64,000 nucleotides of DNA from Octopus sinensis. Taxonomy: Eukaryota. The position numbers and the translations under genes are program-made. Positions 12,205-27,715 of the stretch are shown here, one piece after another. The stretch lies in the NCBI RefSeq assembly GCF_006345805.1, contig NC_043011.1, positions 66,848,464 through 66,912,463 of the forward strand. The letters are read 5' to 3'. Under the pieces are notes generated by a model that was not told the DNA's origin, did no database searches, and saw only the letters and a list, made by a program, of their open reading frames with translations. The stretch's first letter is position 1. The number at the start of each line of letters is the position of its first letter.

Positions 12205-15200
12205 AAGATAGAAGCCACACAACAATGCCCAATAATATAAACACTGAAACTGTAAAACACGAAGACAAACGCAACATTCCCAACAAACACGATGTAAACA
12301 ACGAAGAGGAGCCTAATGATTATGATAATATAAAAAATAAAATAATCAAAGAACTGAAAACCACAGAGCCCAAAATGGACCACCGACCATACCTCCCAAG
12401 AATAAAAATAAACGCAATAACAACACCAATTATAAACAACATAAACCTAGCCGTCACTGAACTAGCCACTGAAGCAAAAAAAGTGATATCACTGAACTAA
12501 ATGACTTGATATACGCAGCAGCCACTGCAGCCACAAAAGAAGCTGGATACTCACCCAAACCCGCCCAAAAAGGAGTACCACCACCCAAACAAACCCTGTG
12601 GATAAATAACATGCAAAACAAAATAAAAAAAATTAGAAAAGACCTGTCGATTCTTAATGAAATCAGCAAACAAGCAACGCTACTAAGCAACAAAAAGAGA
12701 ACAAAAATGCTCCGCAAATATAACATCACAGAAAAAGATTTGCCGAAGATAAAAGAAAAACTGAAGCAAGATATCCTTGCCAAAGCTCAAAGGATCCGCC
12801 GGTACGAGAAACGCCAACGCTTCTTTGAACAGAACAAAAAGTTCAACTCCGACCCCAAAAAGTTCTACCAAGAACTGGGCGAAAATAAAATAGAAGTCAC
12901 TGCAGCACCAACGGCAGAAGAATTGGAAGAATTCTGGGGAGAAATATGGTCGGCGAACGAACAGCCAAAAAAAAGGAGTATGAAAATAACAAACTCGGCA
13001 TCTGAACAACTTGGACCCCCATAACAACTGAAGAGGTCACCCAGCAACTGCAAAAGCTAAGCAACTGGAAGGCACCTGGGCATGACAAGATCCCCAACTT
13101 CTGGTTGAAATATCTAACAGGAATGCACAAAAAGCTGGCTGAAAACTTTAACAGCATACTAGCAGAGCCAGAGACAATGCCTGAATGGCTCACGAAGGGG
13201 AAAACCATCTTAATTCCCAAATCAAATGAAACAACAAAACCAGAAAACTACAGACCAATAACCTGCCTCCCTACTATGTTCAAGGCATTTACTGCAGTGA
13301 TATCACAAAGGCTGAACAAGCACCTGGACGAAAACAAACTGTTCCCAGAAGAGCAGAATGGATGCCGCCTAGGGCTCATATGGCTGTAAAGATCAACTAA
13401 TGATTAATAAAGCCGTAACTGAAGACAGCCACAGAAAGAAGAAAGGCCTCAGTATGGCCTGGATTGACTACAAAAAGGCGTTTGATAGCATCCCCCCCAC
13501 ATGGATCCTCGAAACACTAGCCATTAACAAAGTAGCACCAACAATCATAAAATTCATAGAGCACTCTATGAATAAATGGCAAACAGTCCTACACCTCCAA
13601 ACAAAAGAGGGACTCATTAAAACCAAAGACATCCCCATTAGAAGAGGAATATTCCAGGGAGACACGCTCTCTCCACTCCTTTTCTGCTTGGCACTGTCAC
13701 CTCTATCTGATATGCTAAGTAGAACTGGATGCGGATATAAATGTTACGGCAAAACGATCAGCCACCTTTTATATATGGATGACCTAAAACTATACGCTGC
13801 AAATGACAAACAGCTGGAAACACTATTAAAGACAGTTCATGGATTTACCAAAGAAATAGATATGAAATTTGATTAGAAAAATGCGCCAAAGTAACCATGA
13901 AAAGAGGAAAACTAGTTAAGAGTAACAACATCACACTAGATAAAACCAATGAAATAAAAGAAATAGACCAAAGCCAAACTTACAAATACTTAGGAATCCA
14001 TGAACTAGATAAGACACAACACACACAAATGAAAGAGAAAATAAAACAAGAATATTATAGATGAGTTAGATCAATACTAAAAACAGAGCTCAATGCTAAA
14101 AACAAGATAATAGGTATCAACACTTTAGCTGTCCCAGTTATAAGTTACAGCTACAATATCCTTAACTGGACACGAAATGAACTGTCCAAAATAGATAGGA
14201 AAACAAGAAAAATACTGACAGGATATAGGATGCATCACCCTAAATCTGACATAGAAAGACTATATATACAACGTATAGAAGGTGGTAGAGGCCTTATATA
14301 GCTGGAAAACTACTATAAAATAACCACCATAGGACTGCAAAAATACCTACTTCAGAAGGAAGGAAAACTGATCCAGATAGCAGCAAAACACGAGCAAAAC
14401 AAAAAACTGTTCTCAGTATTTAAGGAAGCTGACAAATACAAACAAGAAATCATACCACCTAATAAACACAAAGAAGACGAAGAAGATGATGAAGAAACAA
14501 CAAAAGCTATAAAACAAATGAAATCCAAACTAAAAATAGAACAGCAACGCGCCATGATAAAACGATGGCAAGAAAAGCCCCTTCATGGTAAATACTGCAC
14601 TAAACTAAACGCAAAAGAAATAGACAAAGAAAAATCCCAGCAATGGTTGAGAAGCTCAGGACTCAAAGCAGAAACAGAGGGATTTTTAATTGCAGCACAA
14701 GACCAAAGCCTCCCCACCAGAAATTACCAAAAACATGTAATGAAAAGAAATATTACAAGTAACTGCAGAATATGTGGAGATGGACAAGAAACAATAAATC
14801 ATATTATCTCTAGCTGCCCAGTCCTGGCTAAGAAGGAATATATTCACAGACATGACAGAGTTGGAACCTACATACATTGGAAGCTATGCCAACATTATGG
14901 AATAACAACAGAAAAAAGATGGTATAGACACACACCAGAAAAGGTCACAGAAAACGAGAAGCAACCATACTCTGGGATATGCCGATACACACAGATAGAG
15001 AAATTAAGGCCAACAGACCAGATATAGTTGTCAGAGATCATGAAGAAAAAAATGCTTTCTAATTGATGTATCAATACCGGCAGATGACAACGTGTCTCTA
15101 AAAGAAATGGAGAAACTTTCAAAATACAAAGACCTGGAAATAGAGATAACTAGAATGTGGAACCTGAAAACAGAAACAATTCCTATCATAGTAGGTGTAT

Positions 15201-15428
15201 TAGGCATGATAAAAAATATTCAGACAAATACATAACAAAAACACCAGGACTTACAAACACATATAACATACAGAAAATTGCACTACTATGCACTGCACAC
15301 ATCCTACGCAGAACACTTTCCATACAATAACCATCAGAGCATCACAACAAATCACAGCACATACCCAAGGCACACAGAGCTGCGCTCGGTAGTGAAGTGA
15401 AAGCACGCTATAAAAATAAAACTACTGA
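12205..15428 (+). mobile_element. R4/Dong-type non-LTR retrotransposon (RT + CCHC knuckle + restriction-like endonuclease), near full length, disrupted
   Basis: PENYRPITCL, WIDYKKAFDSIP, GIFQGDTLSPLLF, LLYMDDLK, CRICGDGQETINHIISSC, RPDIVVRD...IDVS; split by stops and frameshifts; both ends abut (TAA)n. Confidence 0.9.
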
Positions 15429-15790
15429 ATAATAGTAATAATAATAACAATATGCATTATAAAATACGTGTACGCATCTAAATTTAGAAATTAACTAGTG
15501 ATTTTATCTTCAGAAATACTATTAAATTTTATTATTTATTGTTAAAACAAGTATTTTTTAATATTTATTCGTTAATTTGTAAGTTAATCTACGTACATTT
15601 ATTATATTATTTATGTTGTTTTTATTATTATTATTATTAATATTATTATTATTGTTATTATTATATTATTATTATTATTATTTTATTATTATTTTTGTTG
15701 AAGAGGATGCGTGGCTTTCAATCATAACAATGTAAATAATATTTATGTACATATTTACACCTATAGGTAAAATACATACATACATATATA

Positions 15791-15826
<36 letters not shown>

Positions 15827-16299
15827 TGTATGTATGTATGTATGTATTTTTGTATGTATATCTTCTAAATAGTAGGGAATACAATTCCAAACCTACAGGG
15901 AAAAATTCTGTTCAGAAATTTCAAATCAAATTTCACAATATATAACATATATATAAATTTTTTTTAGATCTCTCTTAATCAATTCAATAGTGAAAAACAT
16001 TATTCACACCATATAGAAAAGGCTAAATATACTATAGAAAACTTTATTCTAGAGGTCAATAGAGTACATAAACAATAAATAGTAAATAGACTACACGCGT
16101 TTCGAGGCTATAGTTACAATAAAAATGACAAAATCAATTCGATTACGACTAAATCGATCTAAAATAAATTCTACTTAAAAATATAGTCACTATATAGGTC
16201 TATAATAACAACAACAACAACACTGATAAAAAAACCACAGCTGCCTTTACTACAGAAATCTTTCAATAGTATTATTTTCAATTAAAGCAAACAGATCTT

Positions 16300-16386
16300 T
16301 CAAAGTAATTTAGTTATAGTAATATATTGTATACTCAGCGGCAGTAGAAATGTTTTGCTTATTCCAACGCTGCCAGCAGCATTTGC
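16300..16386 (-). CDS. CRG3 exon 4 (terminal; GPI-signal-like ANAAGSVGISKTFLLPLSIQYITITKLL*)
   Basis: Acceptor atttatttcAG|G, phase 0, open to TGA at 16302-16300; paralogs at 38994-39071 and 46317-46400 keep the frame. Confidence 0.8.
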   Translation of the reverse strand, partial: ANAAGSVGISKTFLLPLSIQYITITKLL

Positions 16387-16864
16387 CTGAAATAAATATT
16401 GAAGTATTGTGAAAACTTAGTTTCAAAATGAAATAGTACATTTTCAAACATATACTCTAACATCCTCTACTGAATATAGACGTTAGAATATGCGATCGAT
16501 GAAAAATCTTAGAAGTAGGAAACAATTGTTGTGAAAAATTATCCTCTACTGAATATAGAAACCATGATACATCAATCGATTACAGATCTTACAAAATAGA
16601 TTGTCAAAAGCAATTAAAACCACTGCAAGCATAACCGTTTATGACGTTTATTTCAATCGCTGTACGCCCTATGCCCCATTATTTAGTATTGAATTGCGAG
16701 CTAAATATCATTTCCTCATCCTTCGCTCGATTGCTCCATCAAAGGTGATTTAAAGAAAATTAAAGATAGTTTAGATTTTAAAAATAAACAATGATTTTTA
16801 AAACGAGAATTTCTCAGCCGATGCCTTTTAATGGAAATATAGTGAACACAAGGCAACTACTTAC

Positions 16865-16952
16865 CGGGCACATATGCAACTCTAAATCTATAAAATGATT
16901 TAGACAAGCTTTGGATTTTCTCCTGATGCAAGATTTAAATTCACTGATGTTT
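16865..16952 (-). CDS. CRG3 exon 3 (R)NISEFKSCIRRKSKACLNHFIDLELHMCP
   Basis: Acceptor tttccctttccAG, donor CCG|GTAAGT, 88 nt, phase 2->0; open in the frame set by exon 2. Confidence 0.85.
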
Positions 16953-17154
16953 CTGGAAAGGGAAAATATGAACGGAAATTATACACTCGGGTATTTTTGT
17001 ATAGTTTGTATTTTAAGAAAATTTTCGTATATTTGTTTAGTATTTTATTCCTTACTTAACTTTGGTAACATATTATTTGAATTATGGCTTGTATTGTAGG
17101 GTCCAACGAACCTAATTTAAACATACCTATTACACACATACATAAGGTCTTTAA

Positions 17155-17218
<64 letters not shown>

Positions 17219-17498
17219 TTGTATTGAACGTTGATAAAGGGATATGAGGACCTGATGATTAGGGTTAGATTTTAAGACGGGTTCCAGGAAAACATTGCGT
17301 GGTTTAGAAACTGGAGTATGTACCTCATGAAACACGTGTAGCTAGGTAACAAAAGAGTAGGTAATTAAAATGAAAATTATTTTATATGGTGGAGATGAAG
17401 AGGCCTATCTCTAAATTAAAAGATATTTCTTCATTGAGAATAATTTGAACCTCTGGTATGCCGGAATGTTTATTCCCTAACAAATAAAATTTATATAA

Positions 17499-17551
<53 letters not shown>

Positions 17552-17678
17552 CATATATATGTTTATATATGTGTGTATGTGTGTGTATATATATATATAC
17601 ATAAGTATGCGAGTGTGTGTGTGTCGTGTGTGTGCATATATATCTCTCTATATATATAAATATCTGTATATATGTATG

Positions 17679-17778
<100 letters not shown>

Positions 17779-18046
17779 TATGTGAGTTTTTATGTATGTA
17801 TATATATATATGTATATATATTTGTGCATATCGCCATGATAGATCGCTAGCCACTAAGCATTTATTCTTTCTGCTTATCTCTGTTTTTCCTTTCGGTCGA
17901 AAAGCGAAGGATCGAAACCTAAATGGCATTCTCAGTTTCCCGAGCGTCAAGCTAATACATCTGTTTCTTGTTTACACGCAAGTCTTCGTCTTTTGCTTTT
18001 TTATAGTCTCATTATATATGTATATATATACATATATATGTGTATA

Positions 18047-19662
18047 CAGTTGCGGCCAAAGTGTTCAGAACGGAATTGTTTTCGACAGAACAGTAGGTAT
18101 AAGTTTTTATCAAAGTTGTTGTATATTCTATAATTTTCACAGACAATGAATACGATATTAATTGTTATTGTCTGAGATTTTGGTGTAATTTCAGAGGATA
18201 ATACAAAAGTTATAATTGATTTAGTGATTTACTGCAAAACCCATGGCGGCCAAAAGGATAAGAACGGTTGAAAAAATAACAAAATAATCATAAATGATAG
18301 AGAATACTGGAATTATTTAATATTTAGTGTGAAGCCCTTTAGCTTCAATCACACTTTGACATCTTCGACTGCATGAGGAAATTAAATTTTCAATTTCTTG
18401 CTGGGTGATCTTATTCCATTCTTCCTGAAGGGCTTTCCATAATTGCTTGGTTGTTTTAGGATTTCTGGCTTTCGAACGTTCTCCTAGAATATTCCACACA
18501 TTTTCAATAGGATTGAGATCTGAGCTTTGAGCAGGCCAATCCATAACAACAACCTTTTCAGCCTTGAGGAAGTTCATGACCACCTTAGCCTTGCGACATG
18601 GAGCATTGTCCTGCATCAATATGGGTGGTCACTTAGTTGAATTTCTCAGCACAGGCAACACATGATCTTTTACAAGTTGTTTATAAACTCCTGCATTTAA
18701 CTTCCCATATAATCGCATCAAATGGCACACTCCATCTCCAGATATCATCCGCCAAACCACACTTCTTCCACCGAATTTAACACTAGTCTTAAGGCATTTA
18801 GGCGACAATTTTTCACCTACTTTTCGACGAACGTACCTTTCCCCATCTGAGCCAAATAACATAAACTTAGATACATCACTAAAATGCACCGTTTGCCATT
18901 CTTCTTGAGACCACAACACATTGCAAAAGTAAGACGACACTTTTTATTTTTGGAGCAGATCAGTGGCTTCACTGTAGGTGCTCTTGCTTGTAGGTCATGT
19001 TCAACTAAATGATGCGACACAGTTTTTCGAGATAAAGTTTTCTTCAATACAATGCTCATTTCCCGAGAAACAGCAGCAGTAGCTTTAAATCTGTCCTTTT
19101 TAACCAACGTTACCATAGCACGATCTTCTCTCTTGGTAGTTTTTCTTGGCCTACCTGTAAACTTTCTTGCTTCACACGAACCACAATCATTGTAGACCTT
19201 AAGAATACCGTGAACAGCACTTTTTGACTCGTTAACAATCTTTGCAATAGATTCAATACTTAAATTATCCTTCTTTCGAAGCTTAATAATCTGCTGACGA
19301 ATTGGCAACGGAGTAAGTGGCATTATATTAACAAAGTACGCTGCAGATATTCTTACTAATGTTTAGTAAACGACTCATCACGTAAACAAATTCAAAACAT
19401 TAGAGTTCGTCGGTTAAATATACTAAAACACGGAGTAAAAGCAACCGTTCTGATCCTTTTGGCCGCCATGGGTTTTGCAGTAAATCCCTAAATCATCCAT
19501 AACTTTTGTTATCCTCTCAAATTACACCAAATTCTTAGACAATAACAATTAATATTGTATGTATTGACTGTGAAAATTATAGAATATAAAATAACGTTCT
19601 TAAAAACTTATACCTACTTTTCTGTCGAAAACATGCCATTCTGAACATTTTGGCCGCAACTG
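18047..19662 (-). mobile_element. Tc1-family DNA transposon with ~220-bp IR/DR-type inverted repeats; frameshifted DD34E transposase
   Basis: TA|cagttgcggccaaa...tttggccgcaactg|TA. Inner repeat gcggccaaaagga at ~18248 and ~19455. Peptides GRPRKTT, VHFSDVSK, MQDNAPC, SDLNPIENVW in ORFs 18317-19323. Lies in CRG3 intron 2. Confidence 0.92.
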
Positions 19663-19668
19663 TATATC

Positions 19669-19722
<54 letters not shown>

Positions 19723-19745
19723 TATAAACATATGCATATATATAT

Positions 19746-19801
<56 letters not shown>

Positions 19802-20139
19802 GGAGAGAGAGATTAAATGATCGAAATCACAGTCAACCGCGTCAGACAATTTGTAGCGAAACATCATTTCTTCCGGTGCAAGTTTAAAAACCAAAAATTG
19901 TACATGGAGATTTGCTACATTCATCAAAGAAGATATTCAGGTTTATTGTCGCGATTCCATATAATACATGTGGCATTTTGGTAATAGTTTTATAAAGGGA
20001 ATGTTTGTCAATATGCATATATATATAGATATAAACATATGCATATATATATATATACATACATATATATATATATATATATACATACATATATATATAT
20101 ATACATATAAATATGTATACATATATATACATGTATATA

Positions 20140-22545
20140 TATGGAGACACCGACACTACTCTCGGATCACAACATGGTAGAGCTGACCATGTACGGGCCA
20201 AATGAAAAGCATGGACATGCAGCCTACAAGAAACTCTCAGAATCTTTCCAGCTTGAACTTCCATAAGGCAAACTGGAAACAAATTGAGAAAGAGATCCTC
20301 AAACAAATCTGGCCTGAATGACTCTCCTGCCAGACATCGATATGAAACTTCAACAATTCATGTATGTAATGCAAGCCATATGCTACAAATGTGTCCCAGA
20401 CCGAAAGGCCACTGTACACAAGAACAAAATCCACAGAAAGATGAAAATTTTAATGAGACGGCGTTCGAAAGTTTCAAATCGCCTAAACAAACAAATTGAA
20501 AGCAGTGAAAAGTCCCGCCTGAAAATAAAACTGTTGCAATTCGAAAAATGTCTGCAACTCTCCCATGAGAAAGAAAGAGCAGACAAAGAAGCCTGGGCTA
20601 TAGACAACATAAAATCTAACCCCAGAGCTTTCTACATGTATGCCAAAGAAACAGCTACGGTGCACGGTAGGATAGGGCCACTCCCTGAAAAGGATGGCAC
20701 ACTCACAGAAAATCCAGTGAGGATAAGTGAAATACTAAATGAGCAATTCAAGAGTATTTTCACTCCACCCCTAGGGCATTTTCAAGTCAGCAATCAAACT
20801 AACTTCTTTACAACTGCAGATATAAAATCAGGGGTAGTGATGATTGATTACATCAATATAAAGGAAGACGATGTAATAAAGGCTATTGATGAAATTAAAA
20901 CAAACTCAACTACTGGCCCCGATTGATTCCCAACAATCCTTCTAAAAGTATGTAAGAGAGTCCTAGCAAGACCACTGCAGTTCCTCTTTGAGATCTTCCT
21001 TGCAACAGGTAAACTTCCAAGAAAACTAAAGGAAGGTAAAATATGCCCTATTCATAAAGGAGGTAGCAGAGCGGAGGCCAAGAACTACAGACCTAACTCT
21101 CTGACCTCACACATCAGCAAGGTCATGGAATGAATAGTCAGAAGGAAACTAATCACCTTCCTTGAAGAAAATGACTTGCTGCCTGACACCCAACATGGTT
21201 TCCGACCGGGAAGAAGCTGCTTAACTCAGCTCCTACAACACTATGACTGGGTGCTGAAACGACTGCTCAACCACTCAAATGTGGAAGTCATATATCTCGA
21301 CTTTGCAAAGGCCTTTGATAAAATCGGTCATGGAATGATATGTCACAAACTGCGTGATCTTGGCATAGTTGGAAAATTGGGAGAATGGCTTCATGACTTT
21401 CTGAAGGATAGAAGTCAAGTGGTAGTAGCCAATGTGGCCACTTCCATTAACACGCAAATAGTAAGCGGTTTTGGGACAACTACTGTTCATAATGGCCCTC
21501 TCAGACATGCCCTCAGCCACGTAGAGAGCCACGATCACAAGTTATGCAGATGATACAAAAGTTTGACAAGCAATACAGAACCCTGAAGACACTAAGCACC
21601 TGCAATGTGAGCTGGACTAAATAGACAAGTGGGCTGAAAAGAATAGCATGCAATTCAATGCTGAAAAGTTTCAAGTTTATGCTATCAGCATGCAAAATTC
21701 AATGCAATACCCAATAAATACACTGGACCTGGAGGGATTGCAATCCCAGAGGCACAATTGGTGCAAGAACTGGGTATTTACATGAGTGATGATGCAAATT
21801 TGCATGTGCATGTTGCTAAATTGTCAATGAAATGGAGGCGGCTGACCGGATGGATTCTTAGAACCTTTAGAACAAGAGACCAGGAAACCATGATGGTCCT
21901 CTGGAGGACACTTGTCCTAAGCCACTTTGACTATTGCTCTCAGCTATGGTCACAACCCAGTGTCAAGTTAATCACAGAACTTGAGGCGATCCAACGAAGC
22001 TACACGAAGAAGATAGCCTCTGTGCAGCATATAAGCTATTGGGAAAGCCTCAAGAGATTAAAACTCTATTCCTTAGAGTGTAGGCGAGAGAGATATGCCA
22101 TAATACACATCTGGAAGATCCTAGAAGTACTTGTCCCAAACTTTGGCATAGAGATTCACACAAATGCCAGAATTGGGCGCCTTTGCATAGTGCCAAGGAC
22201 TCCACGTTTGCCATCAAGATGTAGGACAGGATACTGTGATAATCTGGGCTTCCGAGTCCCACCGCTCTTCAATATCCTCCCGAAGGACCAGAGACCTGCA
22301 TGGGATGGATGCAGATGTCTTTAAAATAAAACTGGATCTCTTCGTGTCAGGTGTGCCAGATGATCTAACTTCACGGCGAGATATGCAGATGAGGGCAGCT
22401 GCATCGAACTCTCTCATGCACCAAATGGCAATTGCTAAAAAGCATTCGTGAAGTAAATCTTTGTAGCAACACCAAATGGTGGTGCCCCAGCATGGGCATA
22501 GCTCGTGGGCTGAAACTAGATAAAAATACTTTTGGTTTCAGTATT
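20140..22545 (+). mobile_element. 5'-truncated CR1/L2-type LINE (RT region), disrupted
   Basis: TTGPD, QHGFRPGRSCLTQLL, YLDFAKAFD, YADD-like tatgcagatgat, SHFDYCSQLW; stops and frameshifts. Lies in CRG3 intron 2. Confidence 0.88.
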
Positions 22546-22586
22546 AACTTGATATTTATACATATCTATCTATCGATATATCTATC

Positions 22587-22689
<103 letters not shown>

Positions 22690-22713
22690 GCTTATAAACA
22701 TAACTATATTTAC

Positions 22714-22810
22714 CTGCAGAATTCCTGAGGATCTCGTACAGGATCTACAAAAATGTAAGCACAGAAGTGTCTTCCAACGAAATTGCATTCATGTCTATCT
22801 GACGCTGCAC
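22714..22810 (-). CDS. CRG3 exon 2 (R)[31 protein letters not shown]
   Basis: Acceptor catattttAG|G, donor CAG|GTAAAT, 97 nt, phase 1->2, open; the paralog at 52319-52415 keeps all Cys. Confidence 0.88.
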
Positions 22811-23702
22811 CTAAAATATGTGAAGTTTGTTTTGAAAATATTAAATGATTATTCCCAAAATAAGTTCCTCTTAAAATACAAATCATTTTAGTTTGTTAGG
22901 TATTCGTATGATACAGATTATACATATAGTTGCTTCATATTCTGTTTTGTGTATTTTTGAGGGCGCTGAAGACGTTTCAATATAGTTATTGTCTTATGGT
23001 TATCAGCTGACATAAATACGCCACTTTACAGGAAACATGCTATATATCGAATGTCCTCGTTCATCACGTTTCTCACTCCGATACATAATGGTGTTTGGAA
23101 ATGGCCTCCATTTATTTACCGGGTTTATCATCGATAATATTTGGAGCACGTCGTATAAGTTGCGGAGTCCAATGATTTGATTTCTACAGTTGAAATATTC
23201 CAGTCAGAGTCTACCAAATCGTGTTGCTCATCTAATGCACTTGCTCGTGCATCTGCGTGTTCACAGTTGGGACCTAAGCTTCTATGATATCATCTATTAT
23301 ACTTTAAATAAATCATATTTTGGATAAACCCTCAAGGGGTGTATTTTGACACCCTTGAATGAAACATTTCACATAATAATTACTCGTCAAAATATATGTT
23401 TAGCATAATATTCTTTCTTTTTATTTGTCTAGAAAATGCTGTTCGTTGGATTTTTCCCTTCGTAATACGACAGAATGAGGTCTCCGTTTTGCCTTTGCAA
23501 CAATCTTGTTCCGTCAATTTGTCAGCATCAAAAACACCTCGAAACAATTTCACAATACATTTTTAATAGCCCTGTTCAGGAACTTATCACAATCTTGTTC
23601 CTTGGACGTGGTATAAGAAGTTTTATATTATGAACACAACTCATAAACCAAAATATTTTGATCACACATATCGTGTTATAATGTTCTCATGTAGAATATT
23701 TG

Positions 23703-23749
<47 letters not shown>

Positions 23750-24189
23750 CATATATATATAAATTTTATCATGTTATATATATATTTATAAATATACAAT
23801 TTAACAAAGGAACGTAATAAAAATGGTTCTAAAGAAAGGAAAAGATTTAACTTCTCTAAAGTTGAATTATGAGATAACGGAATATTTGTTACCTTTGGAA
23901 GAATTTTTTAATAATAAAAAGCTAATGACTGTGTTCCATTAGTTTCTATTCTAATTGGCAACATATTTCTAATGAACATATTTAGATATATATATATAAC
24001 ACTTGTTTCCTGGGTGTGCGATAAGAGTTTGCTTTCCAAACACATGGTTTCATACATCCGGTCTTGTACGTGGAACTTGACTGTCACTACATAAAACTGG
24101 TGATTTCGTAATGCATTAAAGAACTCTTTTATTTAAATATTGTAAAACTGTAACGATTGCAAATGATAAAACGTGAAAGGGGATCTTTG

Positions 24190-24690
24190 TTGGAATTTTA
24201 TTGATTAATATATCACTTTGCAAAAAAAGTACAAGGTCGTGGAAGAACTCACCAAAATCGGTGTCTCTGAAAAGTTACTACAGTGGATCAAGTGTTTCCT
24301 GACAGACGGAACCCAACACATTGTTAGTCGAAGGAGTAAAATCAATGTTAATACCAGTAGCAGTGTTCCACAAGCCAGCGTTTTGGGCCCACTTATTCTC
24401 ATCATCTACATTAATGACAATTGTGACATCATCATGTACTACAACATATGACTTTTTGCAGATGATTCCCAGATCCAGAAGGTCATCATTGAGGTGGGTA
24501 ACCGGATATGTCATCAGTTTTCAGTCAGCGGGTGGAAATGAATAATAGGCTCCTGAAGGAAGACAAAATTCAGTTGCTCAACGTCGGAAAAGTAGATACC
24601 CTGAAACTCCCAACCTTCAGGTGAAACACTCATGGCATCCAACTGAATAAGCTTGGCAGCACATATAAACAGCAACGGCCTAACTTCAGA
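24190..24690 (+). mobile_element. CR1/L2-type LINE RT fragment
   Basis: SSVPQASVLGPLILIIYIND and FADDS motifs. Confidence 0.75.
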
Positions 24691-24699
24691 GAATTTGTG

Positions 24700-25160
24700 G
24701 GACAGTTTATATAAGGGACGTTAAAATCACGCACCACCAGTATGTTTCCAGATTTGTATTTTAGAAGGAAGGAATTGATTTTGTTGAGTCATTCTTCAAA
24801 GAACTTTAGAGGTGCTTGGAGAGGCCTGTATAGAATAACAATGATTATATCGTTGGAATTGTTGAATAGGGACATGGATTCACCATACCAATGGAAAATG
24901 TGTCCTTGGCATCAACTGAAATGGAGTCATGAACTAAGATGGCTACTCCCCTTTATATCGTTCTGGGCAATCTGCACGGATGATGGCGAAATCTATTATT
25001 TTCAACTCGGCATCCATATGAGTGCTGTTTAAGTGAGTTTTATTAAGGATAAAGATAGGGATGCAATATACCGTTTCTGCCGGCCCATGTGTGGAATCTT
25101 CCATTTTGGGGCAGTGAGTGATGGGTTAATGTCACGTACATTTAGCAGGACTGTCAAAGC
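24700..25160 (-). mobile_element. CR1/L2-type LINE endonuclease fragment (same family as 5084-5710)
   Basis: Near-identical to 5460-5710 apart from an internal segment missing from the 5.6-kb copy. Confidence 0.7.
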
Positions 25161-25527
25161 AAGGGTAGTTTAATGTTTGCATTGTTCTAAGAGCTCAGTG
25201 TTATGTGTAATGCTCTTCAAAGATAGCAACGAGGGTAGTTTTTGTATGGAACTGTGTGTGTGTGATTTTCTAGTTGGTGTTGTGTGTGTGTTACTTGAGT
25301 TTGGCATAAGTGGCTGTTGATGGCACGTTGGATCTCCTGGCTTAGTTCAGCCTTCATATTTTCTAGAAAAGTTAGTAAAAAAGAGTTGCTTCTTTGGATT
25401 GCTACTTGGCCATACGATACATAGTTCAAGGTTAAGTTATTTGGTGTTAAGGCTTACCCATAGTTTTGTTTTACTTGTTTGGTTATAGGTTATATATATA
25501 TAACCTATATATATATATATAGGTATA

Positions 25528-25580
<53 letters not shown>

Positions 25581-25881
25581 ATATGTATGTATTTATATAT
25601 AAATTAGAAAACTAACCACATTTTATCAATTCTACAATGAAAAGTTTAATTATGCCATTTAGAAAAAATACATATTATAGAAAGCTATATATAACAAAAC
25701 ACATATAACAATGATTAGTAATATGCAAATAAAGAAAACGTATACATCTGGTACAATAACTACACGTGTTTCGTGGCTATATTAAGGAATGATAATAATA
25801 ATGATAGTAAAATTATTTCAATATAAATATAGCCACACTTCAGTTCAAAGTTAACAACAATAAAATAATTAATTAGATAAA

Positions 25882-25929
<48 letters not shown>

Positions 25930-26700
25930 GTATGTATATGAAATATATTAACAAATATATTCTTATTTAAATAAAACAAAATAGAAATATACGTATCTTG
26001 TAAAATACGAAATACTTTGACAAATATATTCTTGTTTAAATAAAGACAGAATAAAAAATAAGATACAATGAAATAAAATATTTGAAACAAATATATATAT
26101 ATGTATATATATATATGATACAAAATATACATTAAGTGAAAATTAAATACTATAATTTCATCAATATACATTAAATTAAATTACTAATTAATTTATTTAT
26201 TTAATAAACATCTATATAAAATCTTATGTTCATTAAGTATTTTAAATTAATAACCTGAATGTTAAGTAATATGCATTATGTTAGTACAAGCTATAAATAT
26301 TACAATTAAAAATAAGAAATGGTTCAAACATATTAGATAAATTAAATATATTATTAATATATAAGTACTATCTATAGATTTAATATTTTACTCAATTATA
26401 TAGTTGACTAAAATATCAATTAATATTAAACTAATTTAATTCAATGTAATACTACATAATGAATAGACCACCTAACTATTAAATAATTTATTGTCTTACA
26501 AAACTAATTCTCAAATCAATTATGTATAATAGGTTAAATCTCATTATAAAAATAACAATAAAACATAAGAAATAAATATATATACATAACATAACTTGTA
26601 ATTATCAAGAAATTATATATAAATTAATATTTTAACAATAATAATAATAATGATAATAGTAATAATAATAAATGTAATAATAATAATAATAATTATAATG

Positions 26701-26734
<34 letters not shown>

Positions 26735-26893
26735 TAATAATAATAAAACTAAATACAATTCAAACGTTAAATAATATTGTTAAATAAAAACGTTACTTAG
26801 CTTGTCGATGAAAATAATATATGTATATGTATGAATGTATATATATATATATATAGGTGTGTATGTATATACATGTATATATATATATGTAAG

Positions 26894-26951
<58 letters not shown>

Positions 26952-27258
26952 ATATTTCGGAATGGTCATATGCCAGTTTAGCTAATAAAAACACACGCAC
27001 TATATGTGTTATTTATATTTTACAATAATGTAAAAAATAAATAACACTAAAGCAAAATAACACCAAATATATAGTGCATGTGTTTTTATTGGCTAAACTG
27101 GCAATATGACCATTCCGAAATATAACAATATCTGTTTCAACACACGACTTCACATAAAAAATCTTGCACAACAAATATTTAAACGTATATATATATATAT
27201 AATATATATATGTGTGTGTGTGTGTGTATGTATGTATATATGCATATACATATGAGTG

Positions 27259-27293
<35 letters not shown>

Positions 27294-27497
27294 CAAGTAA
27301 GTTAGGGGTTGTGGATCCAACACACTCAGGGATGATACTTACCCAATATACTGTTATTATAATTACTTGTATTTTTATCTTATATGCATTCAATTATATA
27401 TTTTTATATGTATGTTATTTTGATAAATAGATAAGTCAACATTTTAATATCCTAAAGCTGATGAACAAATTAATGTGCTTCTGCATTTTCGTAATTG

Positions 27498-27545
<48 letters not shown>

Positions 27546-27715
27546 TATATAATATATATATATATATCTATATATATATATATATATATATAGATATATA
27601 TACATATATATATATCTTTATTAGTATGTATCTACCAATGCATGTATGTTTGTATGTATGTATGCTTTTTTCTTTATTTTTTACATTACAATATAATTTC
27701 CATATGGATACTTAC

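Noticed and set aside
12683-15122. Minus-strand ORFs inside the R4/Dong LINEs (also 29714-31965 and 34683-35114)
   Set aside because: Antisense shadows of the TE coding frame.
17252-17345. Active hammerhead (CTGATGA...GAAACACGTGTA)
   Set aside because: Core boxes are intact but stems I and II pair poorly; counted only as a degenerate family member.
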